DNA of 64,000 nucleotides from the human T2T-CHM13v2.0 reference genome, Homo sapiens: NCBI RefSeq assembly GCF_009914755.1, contig NC_060932.1. One strand, 5' to 3'. Below are positions 14,096-26,965 of the stretch, one piece after another (positions within the stretch are counted from its first letter, which is position 1; each line of letters begins with the position of its first letter). Under the pieces are notes generated by a model, which did no database searches, was not told where the DNA came from, and worked only from the letters and a program-made list of their open reading frames with translations. A program made the translations under genes and the position numbers.

Positions 14096-14263
14096 ATCAT
14101 GCCTGCCACAAATGATTCTAAGTCAGTGGAAAGGTCAGGCGAAAAAAGGCCTGTGATAGTAAATGGTTCTTGCTTCAATCTAACCCTCTTTGGATCGTTT
14201 TTACGTTGGTGTGGATTCTCTTCATCCTCCGAAAACTCAAGAAGCGTGCACATGGGGGTACAC
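14096..14263 (-). other. Candidate internal exon (168 nt, symmetric phase 2-2, one stop-free frame)
   Basis: Minus strand: ...ctattgttttctaaacatgtttggtctttgtttcag|GTGTACC...GGCATGAT|gtaagt. Non-repetitive, five CpGs, open frame CTPMCTLLEFSEDEENPHQRKNDPKRVRLKQEPFTITGLFSPDLSTDLESFVAGM. Confidence 0.55.
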
Positions 14264-14344
14264 CTGAAACAAAGACCAAACATGTTTAGAAAACAATAGG
14301 GAAATGAGTTTGCTTCCTTTGAGATATTGGAGAATAAAAGCAGT

Positions 14345-15040
14345 GGCTTAGCCTGAGGAGAGCCCCAGACCAAGGCTTGTTTTAGGGACCTTGTTTGGAA
14401 AGTGAGTCCAGGGAACAGCGAGAAGATTCAAAGTATATGAAACAGGGAAGAATGTGTCATCAAGCAGCGGACTGAAATTGAGCCCCAGGAAAACTTCTCA
14501 GGAGCCTTAGGAAGTGCATCTCAGAGAGAATGAAAGGGAAAAGCATTCATCGACTAGTTTCCCCTTCTTAATGGTCAAAGGTGACCCCAAGGACATTAAT
14601 TCTCCTGCTCTTCTAGTTTAGGTGTGTGTGGGTGCTGTATAGTTGCTATGAGCATTCCAAGCTCTGGCATCAAAGAAGCCCCAGGGAGCTGTCTTATTGT
14701 GCCCGTGTGAACATAGGTAATGCTGATCACCATAACAGTGGTTGGAGTCAGAGTGAGGGCTGAGAAGGTTTAGATGTGCTGCACAAGACTTTACTCCTTT
14801 TACTTCTCAGATCTGCTTGTGCCTGCTGTTAAGTCCTGTGCTTCAGATGGTGGCCCGCCACAATACCTGAAAGAACTTGAGATTATCAATGATCGATCAT
14901 CTTGTCTTGCTGGAGCCAAAGCCATATCTGATAATCATCATCTCCCTCCTCCATCATCCACTCTATTTCTCTCATCCTATGCTAATTCAGCTGGTCTAGC
15001 ACTCTTGCTGGTTGCATTGATCCAGACCTTCAGCTCCTAG
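14345..15040 (-). mobile_element. ERVL LTR (LTR33-like) with adjoining internal fragment
   Basis: TTTGGAAAGTGAGTCCAGGGAACAG, GGTCAAAGGTGACCCCAAGGACATTAATTCTCCTGC; 14790-15040 resembles the ERVL internal end. Confidence 0.55.
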
Positions 15041-15898
<858 letters not shown>

Positions 15899-16093
15899 TT
15901 CTCCTGCCTCAGCCTCATGAGTAGCTGGGATTACAGGCACACACCGCCATGCCCGGCTAATTTTTGTATTTTTTGTAGAGACAGGGTTTCACCCTGTTAG
16001 CCAGGCTGGTCTTGAACTTGTCACCTCCAGTGATCCGCCTGCCTTGGTCTCCCAAAATGTTGGGATTACAGGTGTGAGCCATGGTGCCCGGTC
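15899..16093 (-). mobile_element. AluS lacking its 3' ~100 bp
   Basis: Begins abruptly at TTCTCCTGCCTCAGCC right after (TA)n; ends GTGCCCGGTC. Confidence 0.93.
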
Positions 16094-17499
16094 AATACAA
16101 CGTATTTAATTGTTTGCTCTTACTGAGTCGCTGTTGTCAAAATGTCCATTCACAGTGACTTCTGGACCATGCCTTCTAGAATGCTTGCCTTCTAGTCCCC
16201 TACACTGTACTTCTCATGCCTCTTCTCTTCTTGTTTTGCGCAAAAGCCTAGCTATACACTGGGTGATTTCCTTCTTCTTCAGCATTTCCCAGAGGTTGTT
16301 TAGCCTCTTCCTAGAAAATTGCAGTGGCAAGGATCTAACCATCTTGTAAACTAGCCTAATTGTCTTCCAAAAGCTCTATTAGAAATTGCCTCCTTACAGC
16401 ATTCCAAAATTTGTTTTTTTCTAAGTTAGCCCATTACTACTTTGATGTATCTGGGACAATATAAAATGTTTATGCCTTCTTCCTCATGACAACTCTTAAA
16501 AACTTGAGAATAGAAACCATAGCTTCCCCTCAATCTAAACACACCTACGTTTCCTTGTGTGCTATTTTGGTTCTCGGTTCTCCCACCTCTCCCTGTGCTT
16601 TCTTTTAACACAGGTCATTGTGGCTGTGGTCCTTTTAAAACAGCGTTGCCTTGAAGCAAGCACAGGACTCAGTTGTAGGACCCAGTGTAGAGTGAAGATG
16701 GACTATTTCTGTGTGTAAGAATTGTGTACCACATTAAGCCACACATTGTGGGGCTTACTTCTTGTATGTTTACCCTCTGCCATATCCGTTTTCTGAATGT
16801 AAGCATCTTCAGCCTCACTGTATGTCCTTCACAGATACAAATATCTCTAGGAATGTTTCAGTCCACATAGTCACATCGAATATGGTAAACTCTGGCCACC
16901 TGGCTGAGACATCACCTCCCAACCTTCTAGCAGTAGTTTGAGAAGCTAGAATATCAGTTAGTATAAATTTTAAAACTTGTGGCATATTTCAACACATCAG
17001 GATGCAAAACACCATCTGCAAGTAAGAAAAACTGGCATTGGCCCCCCTGGCTGGATACTTTTACAGAGGCTTTGAGCCTGTAAGAATGTTTACTTCTACC
17101 CAATACAACCAACCCACTGAAGAGACACTGAAATAACTCTATTTCTCCCAACTGCAGTATCACAGACAAGCCCACTCAGCCAGTCAGTCTTTCTCTCAGA
17201 ATAAATATAATTTACTCTAATAGGTTCCATGTTATCAAGCCTTTTAGCCACGATTTAATTGAACTGAACCGTTTCATTTTACCTACAAGGAACAGCAAGT
17301 GTTCTGCCAATTGCATGATAATAGAGTTTCAATTGGAGTTTACCACAGCCAATCAAAAGTCTAATACTTCAGCTGAGATGCAAACACTTCCTTCTTTGAA
17401 AAATATGGCCAGTTATGAGTAGCATGCATTTCATACTACTCCCAAAAGCGAAAAATACTAATTTGTTTAAATATTTGAAAAAAAAAAAGAATTGTTTCA

Positions 17500-18321
17500 T
17501 TTTAATAAACTTTTTATTTGAAAACTGTTTTAGATCTACATAAAAATTGAGGAGATAACACAGAGGGTTCCCATAAACCCAATACTCAGACTCTCTCGTT
17601 ATTAACACTACATTAGTGTGGTACATTTGTCAAAAGCAATAAATCAATATTGATACATTATCATTAACTAAGGTCCAGTCTTTATTCAGATTTCATTAGT
17701 CTTTTTTCCTAATGCCCTTTATCTGTTCCAGGAACTCTTTTGGAGTAATGCAATCCATTCAGTCACAATCTCTTCTCAGGCTCCTCTTAGCTGTGATAGT
17801 TTCTCAGGCTTTTCATATTTTTTATAATCTTGACAGTTTTGGTTAGTACTGGTCAGGTATTTTGTAGATTATCTATTAATTAAGATTTATCTGATCTTTT
17901 TCTCATAAATAGGGCTCATGAGTTTGGAGGAGGAAGATTACAGAGAGAAAGTACATTCTCATCACAACATATCAAAGGTGTACTAACCAACAACATGACT
18001 TAACACTGTTGATATGACTTGGTCACCTGGCTGAGGGAGTGTTAATATGCAGCGCTTAATGAGTGGGCAGTCATGTTCCACCTTCTTGAGAGTGGAGTAT
18101 CTACATAAATTATTTGTAATTCTTCTGCATGGGATATTTGTCTCTTCTCCCCCATTTATTTGATTATTTGTATCCATTTAGATCCTGGACATTTATTTTA
18201 ATTCTATGTTAAAATCCAGTACAACTTTGTTTTTGTTGTTTTTGTTCAAATTATTTTAGCTTTGGCGTTTGGAAGCTGTTTCAGTTGACTCCTATGCCTC
18301 TTAGACTTACTTCCGTCATTT

Positions 18322-18384
<63 letters not shown>

Positions 18385-18600
18385 ATGTGTGCTTTTGAGT
18401 ACTGCCTTAATTTCTGGCACTACAAAATACTCCAGGCTCATCTTGTATATTTCCTGCTTCCATCCTGGAATCAGCCATTGCTCCAAGGCACCCTGGTTCC
18501 TTTTATTGAATAAATCTGGTAGAGACCAAGATCATTGTGTTAGATGCGCTCATTGCTACTGTGGGGTCATTGCTTCAAGCCCCTTGAGCCATGTCTATTC
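17500..18600 (-). mobile_element. L1MC/MD 3'UTR region
   Basis: TTTTAGATCTACATAAAAATTG...ACAGAGGGTTCCCAT, ATATTGATACATTATCATTAACTAAGGTCC, CACTACAAAATACTCCAGGCTCATCTTGTAT. Confidence 0.88.
18329..18381. repeat. (TG)n microsatellite, about 26 units
   Basis: Direct reading. Confidence 0.97.
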
Positions 18601-18669
18601 ATCTATACAAGCATCTATACAGATAGATACTATGTTAAGTAATACAACTTTAATTAATGAAATGTAACT

Positions 18670-18772
18670 TATTAGGTCAACCCATATGAAATTGCTATTT
18701 TGTCACAAGCAAAAATTGCTATGGTGTCAAAAGCGCTAAAATATCAATAATTATTCATGGCTCAACCTAATA
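18670..18772. mobile_element. MADE2-like mariner MITE
   Basis: TATTAGGTCAACCCATATGAAATTGC...ATGGCTCAACCTAATA, imperfect terminal inverted repeats with TA ends. Confidence 0.7.
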
Positions 18773-18774
18773 CT

Positions 18775-19150
18775 TACAAAAAAGTACATAAACAGATATC
18801 CATGCCACATCCAGTAAACAAGAGAAAAGAACCAGTACCAGCACACACGCATCTACCATACACTCCTTCCTCCTAGAGATACTCTCCAATTCTGTAATGA
18901 TTGCTTTTTTACTCACCTTATATATAGTATAAACTTTAACACAGAAGTGTGCATTACAAAAATATTTAGCTTTTCCTGTTTTTCTTTTAAGTAAATAGAA
19001 TCATAATGCATGTAGCATTTTGTGTCTTATATTTGTCTTGTGTTACGTATAGCTTTCATTCATTTTCATTTTCACTGTGTATAATAATTTAAAATATCAA
19101 TGTGCAACAATTTATCCATTTCACTGTTGATTGATACTTGGTGATATTAT
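18775..19150 (-). mobile_element. L1ME-like fragment
   Basis: AAATAGAATCATAATGCATGTAGCATTTTGTGTC, CAACAATTTATCCATTTCACTGTTGAT. Confidence 0.6.
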
Positions 19151-20502
19151 TTTGAATAGAGAAAGAAGGAGCAGCATAATTACATTTTGACTGATCTTTG
19201 GGTTTCTTGGTATCATGAAATTTCACATTCATTGCTATTTTAAAAGAACCCAGATTAGGACTACGTCTGATTTAAACAGTATCCTAAAACACATAATCAC
19301 CAAGAAACCTTGCAATTATAATTTGTCCTCTGAAGTAATTCTGCCCACGGGGAGAAAATTATATGATCCAGCACAAAGATTCCGGTTCTCACAACATGGA
19401 CTGCTCATTGTGAATAAAACAAATTGACATTATGTTTTCATATATCTGTCTCAGGTGTTTGGTTAATAAGTAGTCCATCTCAAAGAGGTAGATCTCTTTT
19501 TGGTGTGTTGATAAAATCAGGTAATGAATTCCAGCTCATGAGGCCTCTTGAGAGGCAAGCAGACAGCCAGCCTTCTACAGGCAGGCATATACTGCTTGAT
19601 TTCAACAGCGAACACCATCAAACAAGAGTCTAATTCTCCTATTTGAAATTGTACGATATATAACTCCTATGCCCCCAAATGTGGGCAAATTAAATAAGAC
19701 TCTTCAACAAAAAAATCTCCCAGAAGTTTACTACTATTTCTTATTTATAAGAATTTTTATAATATTCTTTTAAGTAATCTGCATTTTCTGTAATTCACTC
19801 ATTCTCTTTTACCTGTCCTTATTATATACTATTTTCTGTGACAACATTCTTTTATGAGTACAAACTCCAAAATACAGCATTTTAAGCAAACTACATTAAA
19901 GATTTTAAAGAAAAAAATAGCTATATTTCTAAAAGTGCTATGTGTGTTTAAAATATCTTTAGGAGGTTTCATTTAATTCAGAGAAAAGTAGGTCAAACCT
20001 CCTAAGATAAATTTCTAATCAAATAGCTGCTCTGTACTCGTATAGTATTTATTTTATAGCTCTTTCATTAATGTCTTTCTATATTTCTCTCCCAAACAAA
20101 ATTGCATGATTTTGTGCTCACCACCGCCACATTCTTCATTTCTTTTATAGGTTTGTTCTGTTATAACAAAAGCAAAAACTATACACCTTTAACCGAAATT
20201 GTAGAGGGAGGCTTTAATTTTAATCCTTACTAAAGGCACTTTGATTATTTTTATAACAAACTGAAAAATTAAAGAATAAAAATGTATTTCTTTAATTCTC
20301 TCTTGTCATACTCAACTCTTCACATACATGAGTCTACAGATGAAAAGAAACCCTTATGAACCCTATCAGATAAGTTCAATGCCCTCGAGTGTCTAGTCAG
20401 TTTCTGGGAGTAATATTTATAGCCTTGTTACAAAGCACACGAATTGGAATGAAGACTGAGAAATGGGACAACTTGGCTTGAGTGCAGCTGTCATTCGCTG
20501 TA

Positions 20503-20537
20503 TATTGCCATCTGCTGGGAACTTTGGGCACTGCACT
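20503..20537 (-). promoter_or_regulatory. CTCF motif (core plus upstream module)
   Basis: Minus strand GTGCAGTGCCCAAAGTTCCCAGCAGATGGCAATA: core CCAGCAGATGGCA preceded by a TGCAGTNCC upstream module. Confidence 0.7.
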
Positions 20538-20767
20538 TATGTACAGGACCACAAGCGAACAGCTTAGCTTAAGTGGAAAGAAAAAAAGCAAGAATTAATT
20601 TCAAAATACTAAATGTGTTAAATAAATTTCATAACTTTAATATTTTATGTTAAATTACTAAATGTTATTTTTCAAAAATTCTATTACAATGGTCATTTTA
20701 GCAGGAAAAAAATATGGTACTTTTCACAAAAGCGGGCCTACACCATTCCCTATTTTGCTTGTTTTTC

Positions 20768-20788
20768 AGTTACCAGAAGGGGGCGCCC
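20768..20788 (+). promoter_or_regulatory. CTCF core motif
   Basis: TTACCAGAAGGGGGCGCCC, one mismatch to CCASYAGRKGGCRS, with an intact CpG in an AT-rich background. Confidence 0.6.
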
Positions 20789-20877
20789 AGCATAATTTCT
20801 GAAACAGTAAATACAACAGTCAAAAAGTATTTGTTGAATGATTGAATGAATGAATGGGAGCCACCACACCCAAGAAG

Positions 20878-21156
20878 ATATTAATTGAAATATTTTTTAT
20901 GTCACAAGATTATTTATTTAGGGCACAATTTGAATACAAAACATTGACTAATTGGTTAATTTCTACTATTACAGTGGTCCATAGACTCATTTGAAGCAAA
21001 TTTATGAAAGGAATATTGCCATAAATTCGATGGGATTTCATCAATACCTTAAAACTGTACAATACTTTGGAATGATTACAAGATTTTTATGAAATAAAAA
21101 TGGTGGAAATATGTGAAATTATATGATTACGGTGTCAATTTAAATATGTACGTGCC
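20878..21156 (+). mobile_element. Possible Merlin-type (IS1595/IS1016-related) DNA transposon 3' fragment
   Basis: Decayed translation FEYKT...ITVVH / SIDSFEANL*KEYCHKFDGISS loosely resembles the Merlin/IS1595 C-terminal motif; ends in a TIR-like ...GGTGTCAATTTAAATATGTACGTGCC. Confidence 0.35.
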
Positions 21157-22087
21157 CAAACACCTTTAGACAGAATACTGTTGACTCCATTATAAACTTA
21201 TGAATTTAAGATTACTATAAACTATGGCAGAAATCGAAAACTATCTGGCATAAGTGAATCTAGACCTTTAAAAAAAAATAAATGGTAAGGCTGGTTCTTC
21301 GAATAAGAACAAGATCAATAATTCTTCTTGAAGCACCACAAATTTGTAACCCTGGCTCCTAACATAGGGCCTAGCGTAGCGCAGACGCTCAAGTAGATAT
21401 TGAGCTATTTGAATTTACTTTAGATATTATAAGTGAATGTTTAATATAAGTAATATGTGGAAAAATATTTGTATGCCCTTTCCCCCAATAGAATATGAAA
21501 GCTTACTGAAAGCAAATATATATATATATATTAGTTTGTTTTATATACATAGCCATCTGTTTAGTGCTAGTAAACAATAGGCATTTAATAATGATTATAA
21601 TTTACAGTTGATGAATGGAGATGACAAAATATTTTAAGAAGTAAATATAAAGACTGCCATTAATATGGGTCTAGAGGAAATAATAAACTTGCTTTTGGAT
21701 ATAGAATACTGTCATTTTTCTAGAAATTTATCACTTCTCGTAAAGGTGTGATAAATGAAGACTGAGACTTTGTTTGATCAAGGTCATGTGACCAGGGAGA
21801 CTCCAGACTCAGGCCCACATCTGCCTGTAATCCTCCCTCCTCTTCATCTCTGGTCTGTATCCCACACAACACAGTCCCCAGTGACACCTCTATACAGCAG
21901 TTGTAGCCTGCACTAAATTCCACAAGTTCACCTTCTTATACGAATATCTGTTTTCATCTTCCTAGCTTCTCTTAGAAAGCAAATATGTGCTGGAAAGAAC
22001 TGGTAAACTTTAGGATAGGTATTGTATGGGCAAGCCTTGCAGCAATAAGTCACAGTAAACTTTCTTATTTTATAAATAAAGAATTTC

Positions 22088-22393
22088 GGCCGGACACGGT
22101 GGCTCATGCCTGTCATCCCAGCACTTAGGGAGGCCGAGGTGGGTGGATCACGAGGTCAAGAGATCAAGACCATCCTGGCCAAGATGGTGAAACCCCATCT
22201 CCAATAGCAATACAAGAATTAGCTGGGTGTGGTGGCACGTGCCTGTAATCCCAGCTACTCCGGAGGCTGAGGCAGGAGAATAGCTTGAACTCTGGAGGCG
22301 GAAGTTTTGGTGAGCCAAGATCATGCCACTGCCCTCCAGTCTGGTTACAGAGCAATACTCCATCTCAAAAATAAATAAATAAATGAATAAATA
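22088..22393 (+). mobile_element. AluSc-like
   Basis: CACGAGGTCAAGAGATCAAGACC; TSD-like AAATAAA(G/T)AATTTC. Confidence 0.95.
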
Positions 22394-22496
22394 ATTTCAT
22401 CTCCTTTTCCACAAACTACAATGTAAAGTTGCAATGTATTGTTTTAAAAGTGCCTAGAAAAGACAATAGATGTACTAGTCAATTCAAACAACTAGA

Positions 22497-22858
22497 GTTC
22501 TGGACCAAACTGTGTCTCCCCCAAAATTAATTTGTTCAAGTCCTAACCCCTAACACCTCAGCATGGAGATAGGGCCTTTAAATGCGGTCTAAAGGGTGAG
22601 ACCCTAATCCAATATGACTGGTGTCCCTATAGGAAGGCAAAAGACACATGATATACTTTTGCACAGAGGAAAGGCCATGAAGGACACAGCCAGAAGGTGT
22701 CCATCTGCAAGCTAAGGATAGAGGTCTTAAGAGAAACCAAACCTGCTTAAACCTTAACCTTGGACTTCCAGCCTCCAGAATTGTGAGAAAATAGATGTAC
22801 TTAAGCCTCCCCTCCCAGCCTGTAGTATTTATTATGGCAGCTTTAGCAAACTTATCCC
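22497..22858 (+). mobile_element. MLT1B-like solo LTR
   Basis: AAGTCCTAACCCC, CCCTAATCCAATATGACTGGTGTCC, TTGGACTTCCAGCCTCCAGAATTGTGAGAAAATA. Confidence 0.88.
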
Positions 22859-22915
22859 ACAAGGGAAATTATGATTTCAGCAGAATCTGTGGCTTTTGGT
22901 TATACAAGTGAAGCA

Positions 22916-22917
<2 letters not shown>

Positions 22918-22967
<50 letters not shown>
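22918..22967. repeat. (TG)n microsatellite, about 25 units
   Basis: Direct reading. Confidence 0.97.
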
Positions 22968-22970
<3 letters not shown>

Positions 22971-25321
22971 CATCTGGTGGCATGTGGTGTTGATTGGGTG
23001 GTTGGTTGGTTGTTTTATTTCTATTGAGTCTTTAGAAAAATACTGATATGGTTAGTATTGATTTCCATGATTTGCTTGTCCTTTACTTATTAAAAAATCT
23101 GAGAATAACTCACATTAATTTTATTACAGCTTGCTATAAATGAAACCCTTAAAGATTCAGGAATGTTTTTACAAAACTGTCATCAACTGTGAGGTATATG
23201 ACGGTTTCATAAAATGTACCTGCTAGTGATTTGTTGGTCTGTTTCTTGGCAACTGAATGGCTTCTGGGATATCAAATTATTAGGTAGAAGAAAAATAAGG
23301 TTTTATTAAACTGCAATGCGAGCTGAATCTGTATTATGGGAAAATATGCATTTATAATTTCTTATTTAGAAGCTCCAGACAAAATTCTGCCAACCTAGGT
23401 CATGCTACAAAACTTAACCTCTCCCTTTTGAGCACCAGCACATCATTTGAAATGCTTTGGTTGAAATTTTATATTTTAAGAACTTTTCATACAGATTCTT
23501 GTATGTCAGTATGCTTGAGGTGAGCTGCAGGTCTCTAGGCCAAGATAAGACTGTCTTCCCCTAAACTCAAGTCACCTTCTCGCTCCCAGTGTATATTATA
23601 ATTCTGTGCACACTGCAGATTCTTAGTAAATACTGGAGGCATTTGCGTGATGAAAGTGTTTTGAAATTAAACTTCAGTTATGTAGACAAGTCCTATGGAT
23701 TTAGATAAAATAGGCTGAGAAAATTAAGCAATTTTCAAATAAAATGATAAAGGAAGTGTGACAGGGGACATCAGGTGGGGAGAAATCAAGTTTTCTTGGA
23801 AAAGTAGAGTCTTGGAGCTTTCATGACCTACACTGAGGTAGGGGAAAGTCCCCTTAATTCCAGCATGTATACAAAGCTTAAAAACTGTAAAAACGTACAC
23901 TAGATTGATGGTTTTCTTTTTGCATCCTGATGCAAATGTGCTCATTCCCGTATTACAATTGGTGTGAAGGGCATACACTGTAACTACTGTCATTGGATGA
24001 AAGTGGAAAATAATTAATATGATTCACAAACGGTATCCTGGCATTCACCAAGAGTGGGTAGGAAATTGTTTTTAGCTTAAGCCCCAAGTAAAAATTGGTC
24101 TTCCTGTTCAAATGGAGCCAAAGAAAACCTCCTTTTTTGGAAAAAAAGAAAAAAGAACAAAAGAACTAGAATAAGCAGCAAACTATCAAAATGTAGCAGA
24201 TAAAGGATAGAGAGAAATTAAGTACTCAGATTAGAAAGTGCTGCAGAGTCAAACAAAAATAAAAGGGCAATAGGTAGAGCAAGCAGCAAGCATCTTTGCT
24301 GAGCATTGCTGGAAGAGAACTGGTTGATTTAAACTCAGAACCAGTTTTCATTGCATCCACCAGTGGTTGTTATATTCCCAGAATAAACTACAAAAGACTA
24401 GCTAGAATGCTTTATTAATAATATGACAAGCCCCAATGTCGTTTAAATAGTATTGCTCTGGCGAAAATATTATGCAAACTTTAACCTGAGGTGCATCTCC
24501 TCTTGTGACGTATTTTTATGTAAGTGTCTTTGTAAATTGGGGGTTTTCTCAGATGAAGGATTACCTGCACTAGCTCCTCTGGCTTGTCTTAGAACACTGT
24601 TTCCCTCACCTACCCCTTAACAGCTGCCTTTTAATAGTATCCCATTGAGAGTTCTATGCTGCTGTTGCTTTTATACTAACTACGCTACCAAGAAATAGTT
24701 ACAAGTTCAGCAATGCCCTTGGTCAAGTTCTACCTCGCCATTTCAACACAGCCAGGCTTTCAAAAAAAGAATTTTTTTTTCTGGGACAGACTGGAGTTGT
24801 CACGCTTCAGAGGCAAAACCTCAATGTGTTGCATTCTTTTGAAGTAGTTCTCTCCCTGAGATCTCTCTGATACACGTCTCTAAAGTCAGAGTCCACTTCT
24901 CTTTTGATCCGCTAACACTAGTGCGAGCTGTAGAAGTCTTTCTCCAAGCTGCCCTTTATCATATCAAAGGTTCATGGTGAGTTTATTCTGCCTGGCTGGG
25001 GTCAAATCAGTCATTCATTCAACCAGCATCTGAGAGCTCACTATCTGCAGAACACCCCAGTGAGAAACATACGAAGATGATATCTTATACATTTGGAATT
25101 TGGGATTTAAAATTTAGAATTTAGAGACACCCCAGTAAGTGGTTAATTCTGCCTGCAGAATCCAAGTCATGCTTTGTGGAGTGCTTGATTCTTACTCTGG
25201 GTCTTAACAGATGAAAGAGATGTTTAAAGCTAATTCTGGCTTTTAAACTAATGAGGAGGATGAAGTGGGGTGAAGGAGCAACTGGTGTCATGGAAGCAAT
25301 GGCTTGTTGTATATTCATTGG

Positions 25322-25550
25322 AATTAGGCTCAGCTGTGAATAATAGACTCCAAGAAACAGGACTAAAATGGATGTGCAGTCCTGGGCTGGTGAAGCAATT
25401 TGGTCCTTCACAGTCCTCAGGGACTTGGGCTTGGTCTGTCAGTTGCTTTGCTTTAAACAGATGCCATTACCAAGGTCACCTCAAGGTCCAACCAAGATGG
25501 ATCTTTCAAACCCAGAAATATGTTCACATTCCAGCTAGAAGAAGGGGCAT
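25322..25550 (-). mobile_element. Old MaLR LTR fragment (MLT1J/K-like)
   Basis: GCAGTCCTGGGCTGGTG, CAAGATGG...TCACATTCCAGC pattern; highly diverged. Confidence 0.45.
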
Positions 25551-25862
25551 TTTCAATATATGCCCTTCACTTTCTTGAACTGCCCCGTTCCAGTAACCAC
25601 ATCCTTCCTTCTTCCCCAAACACTCATTCACACACTGATGCTCATACTCAGGACCTTGTCATTACAGATACGTGCGACCACTCCATAATCTCAGTGGCAT
25701 CCCACCCGCTGGCCTCCACTGCCTCCCTCCTCCCCCTCATGCATCACCAGTACTTCCAGCCCTCTAATCTCACCAGTTACCTCAATTCTCCCAAGTCCCC
25801 ATTAAGCTCCTGACTCAGCTCAAAATTCACTCTCAGACATTATAATCACCCCTTGCATATAT

Positions 25863-26222
25863 AGTGTGAGTATCCCGTATCCAAAATGCTTGGGACTAGG
25901 TGTGTTTCAGATTTTGTATTTTGTATTTTTTATTTTGGAGTATTTGCATACTCATAATGAGGTATCCTGGAGATGGGACCCAAGTCTAAACACAAAATTC
26001 ATTTATGTTTCATGTACACCCTATACACATAGCCTGAAGGAAATTTCATAAACTGCTTTAAATAATTTTGTGCATTAAAGTTCTGACTGTGTTTTGATGG
26101 CAACCTATCACATGAGGTCAGGTTTGGGATTTTCCATTAGTGACAGCATGTTGGCACTCAAAAAGTTTTTCATTTTGGAGCATTTCAGATTTCAGCTTCT
26201 GGGATTAGGGATGCTTGACTTA
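25863..26222 (+). mobile_element. Tigger4b/MER46-like DNA transposon
   Basis: GAGTATCCCGTATCCAAAATGCTTGGGACT...GATGGGACCCAAGTCTAAACACAAAATTC...GGATTAGGGATGCTTGAC, terminal inverted repeats. Confidence 0.9.
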
Positions 26223-26900
26223 CACTCCCAGCTGGCTTACCTCTTTCTCAATTTATCATACTTCCTTAGCATAACCACAACCTTGGTTAAATTCAACTTT
26301 CTGCCTTCTCTGTGCCTGTGCCTATAGAATTGAATATAATTGAAGAAAACAACTATATCAGCTCTCCTTATTTGCAATAAATAACACATTGGAAGCAGGC
26401 CTCGCAGAGCCCAACAGTTACACTGGAGGTCCCTATCTCATTTCTTCCCCCCATATCCTAGATGTATTTTACACCTTGTTTTATGTCTTTGAGCCTCCAA
26501 CACTTCCTGATCCATCCTCTCTCTCCACTGGTGGCCGATTGCTGCTCATCTGTTTCTGCACCTGTGCACTGTGTTGGCATTCCTGACTGTTCCATCTCCT
26601 AGGACTGGTCCTTATCAACTAGGCCCCATTGCTCCCTTTCCTCTATCTCCTATGTCATCAGTTTTTCCTTTTACCCTGGTTCATCCCCAAAAGTACTTTC
26701 CTGATCCCAGTTTTCCCATGAGCTACTGATTTTATCTCTCTGCTACTCCATAAAAATCCCTGCCTCCCTCATGCTCCTTGCATATAGTAGGCATGATTCT
26801 ACATTGATATTGGCTTGTTACTCTGTCTGAAATTCTCCACCTGCAGGTATCTTCCTACTAACTCCTTCATCTCCTTTAAGGGTTTGTTTAATCACCCTGT

Positions 26901-26965
26901 AAGAGAAGCCCTTTTTAACTGCCCTGTTTCAAGAAGGGAAGCCCTTTCTAACTGCCCTGTTTCAA
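26901..26965 (+). repeat. 33-bp tandem duplication
   Basis: AAG(A/G)GAAGCCCTTT(T/C)TAACTGCCCTGTTTCAA twice, 2 mismatches. Confidence 0.95.

Noticed and set aside
20716-20750. GGTACTTTTCAC... as the left TIR of the possible Merlin fragment
   Set aside because: Too little similarity to the reverse complement of the 21156 end; no matching TSD
22966-22983. CTCF-like CCACCAGATGCG on the minus strand next to (TG)n
   Set aside because: Lacks the conserved GGC end of the core motif
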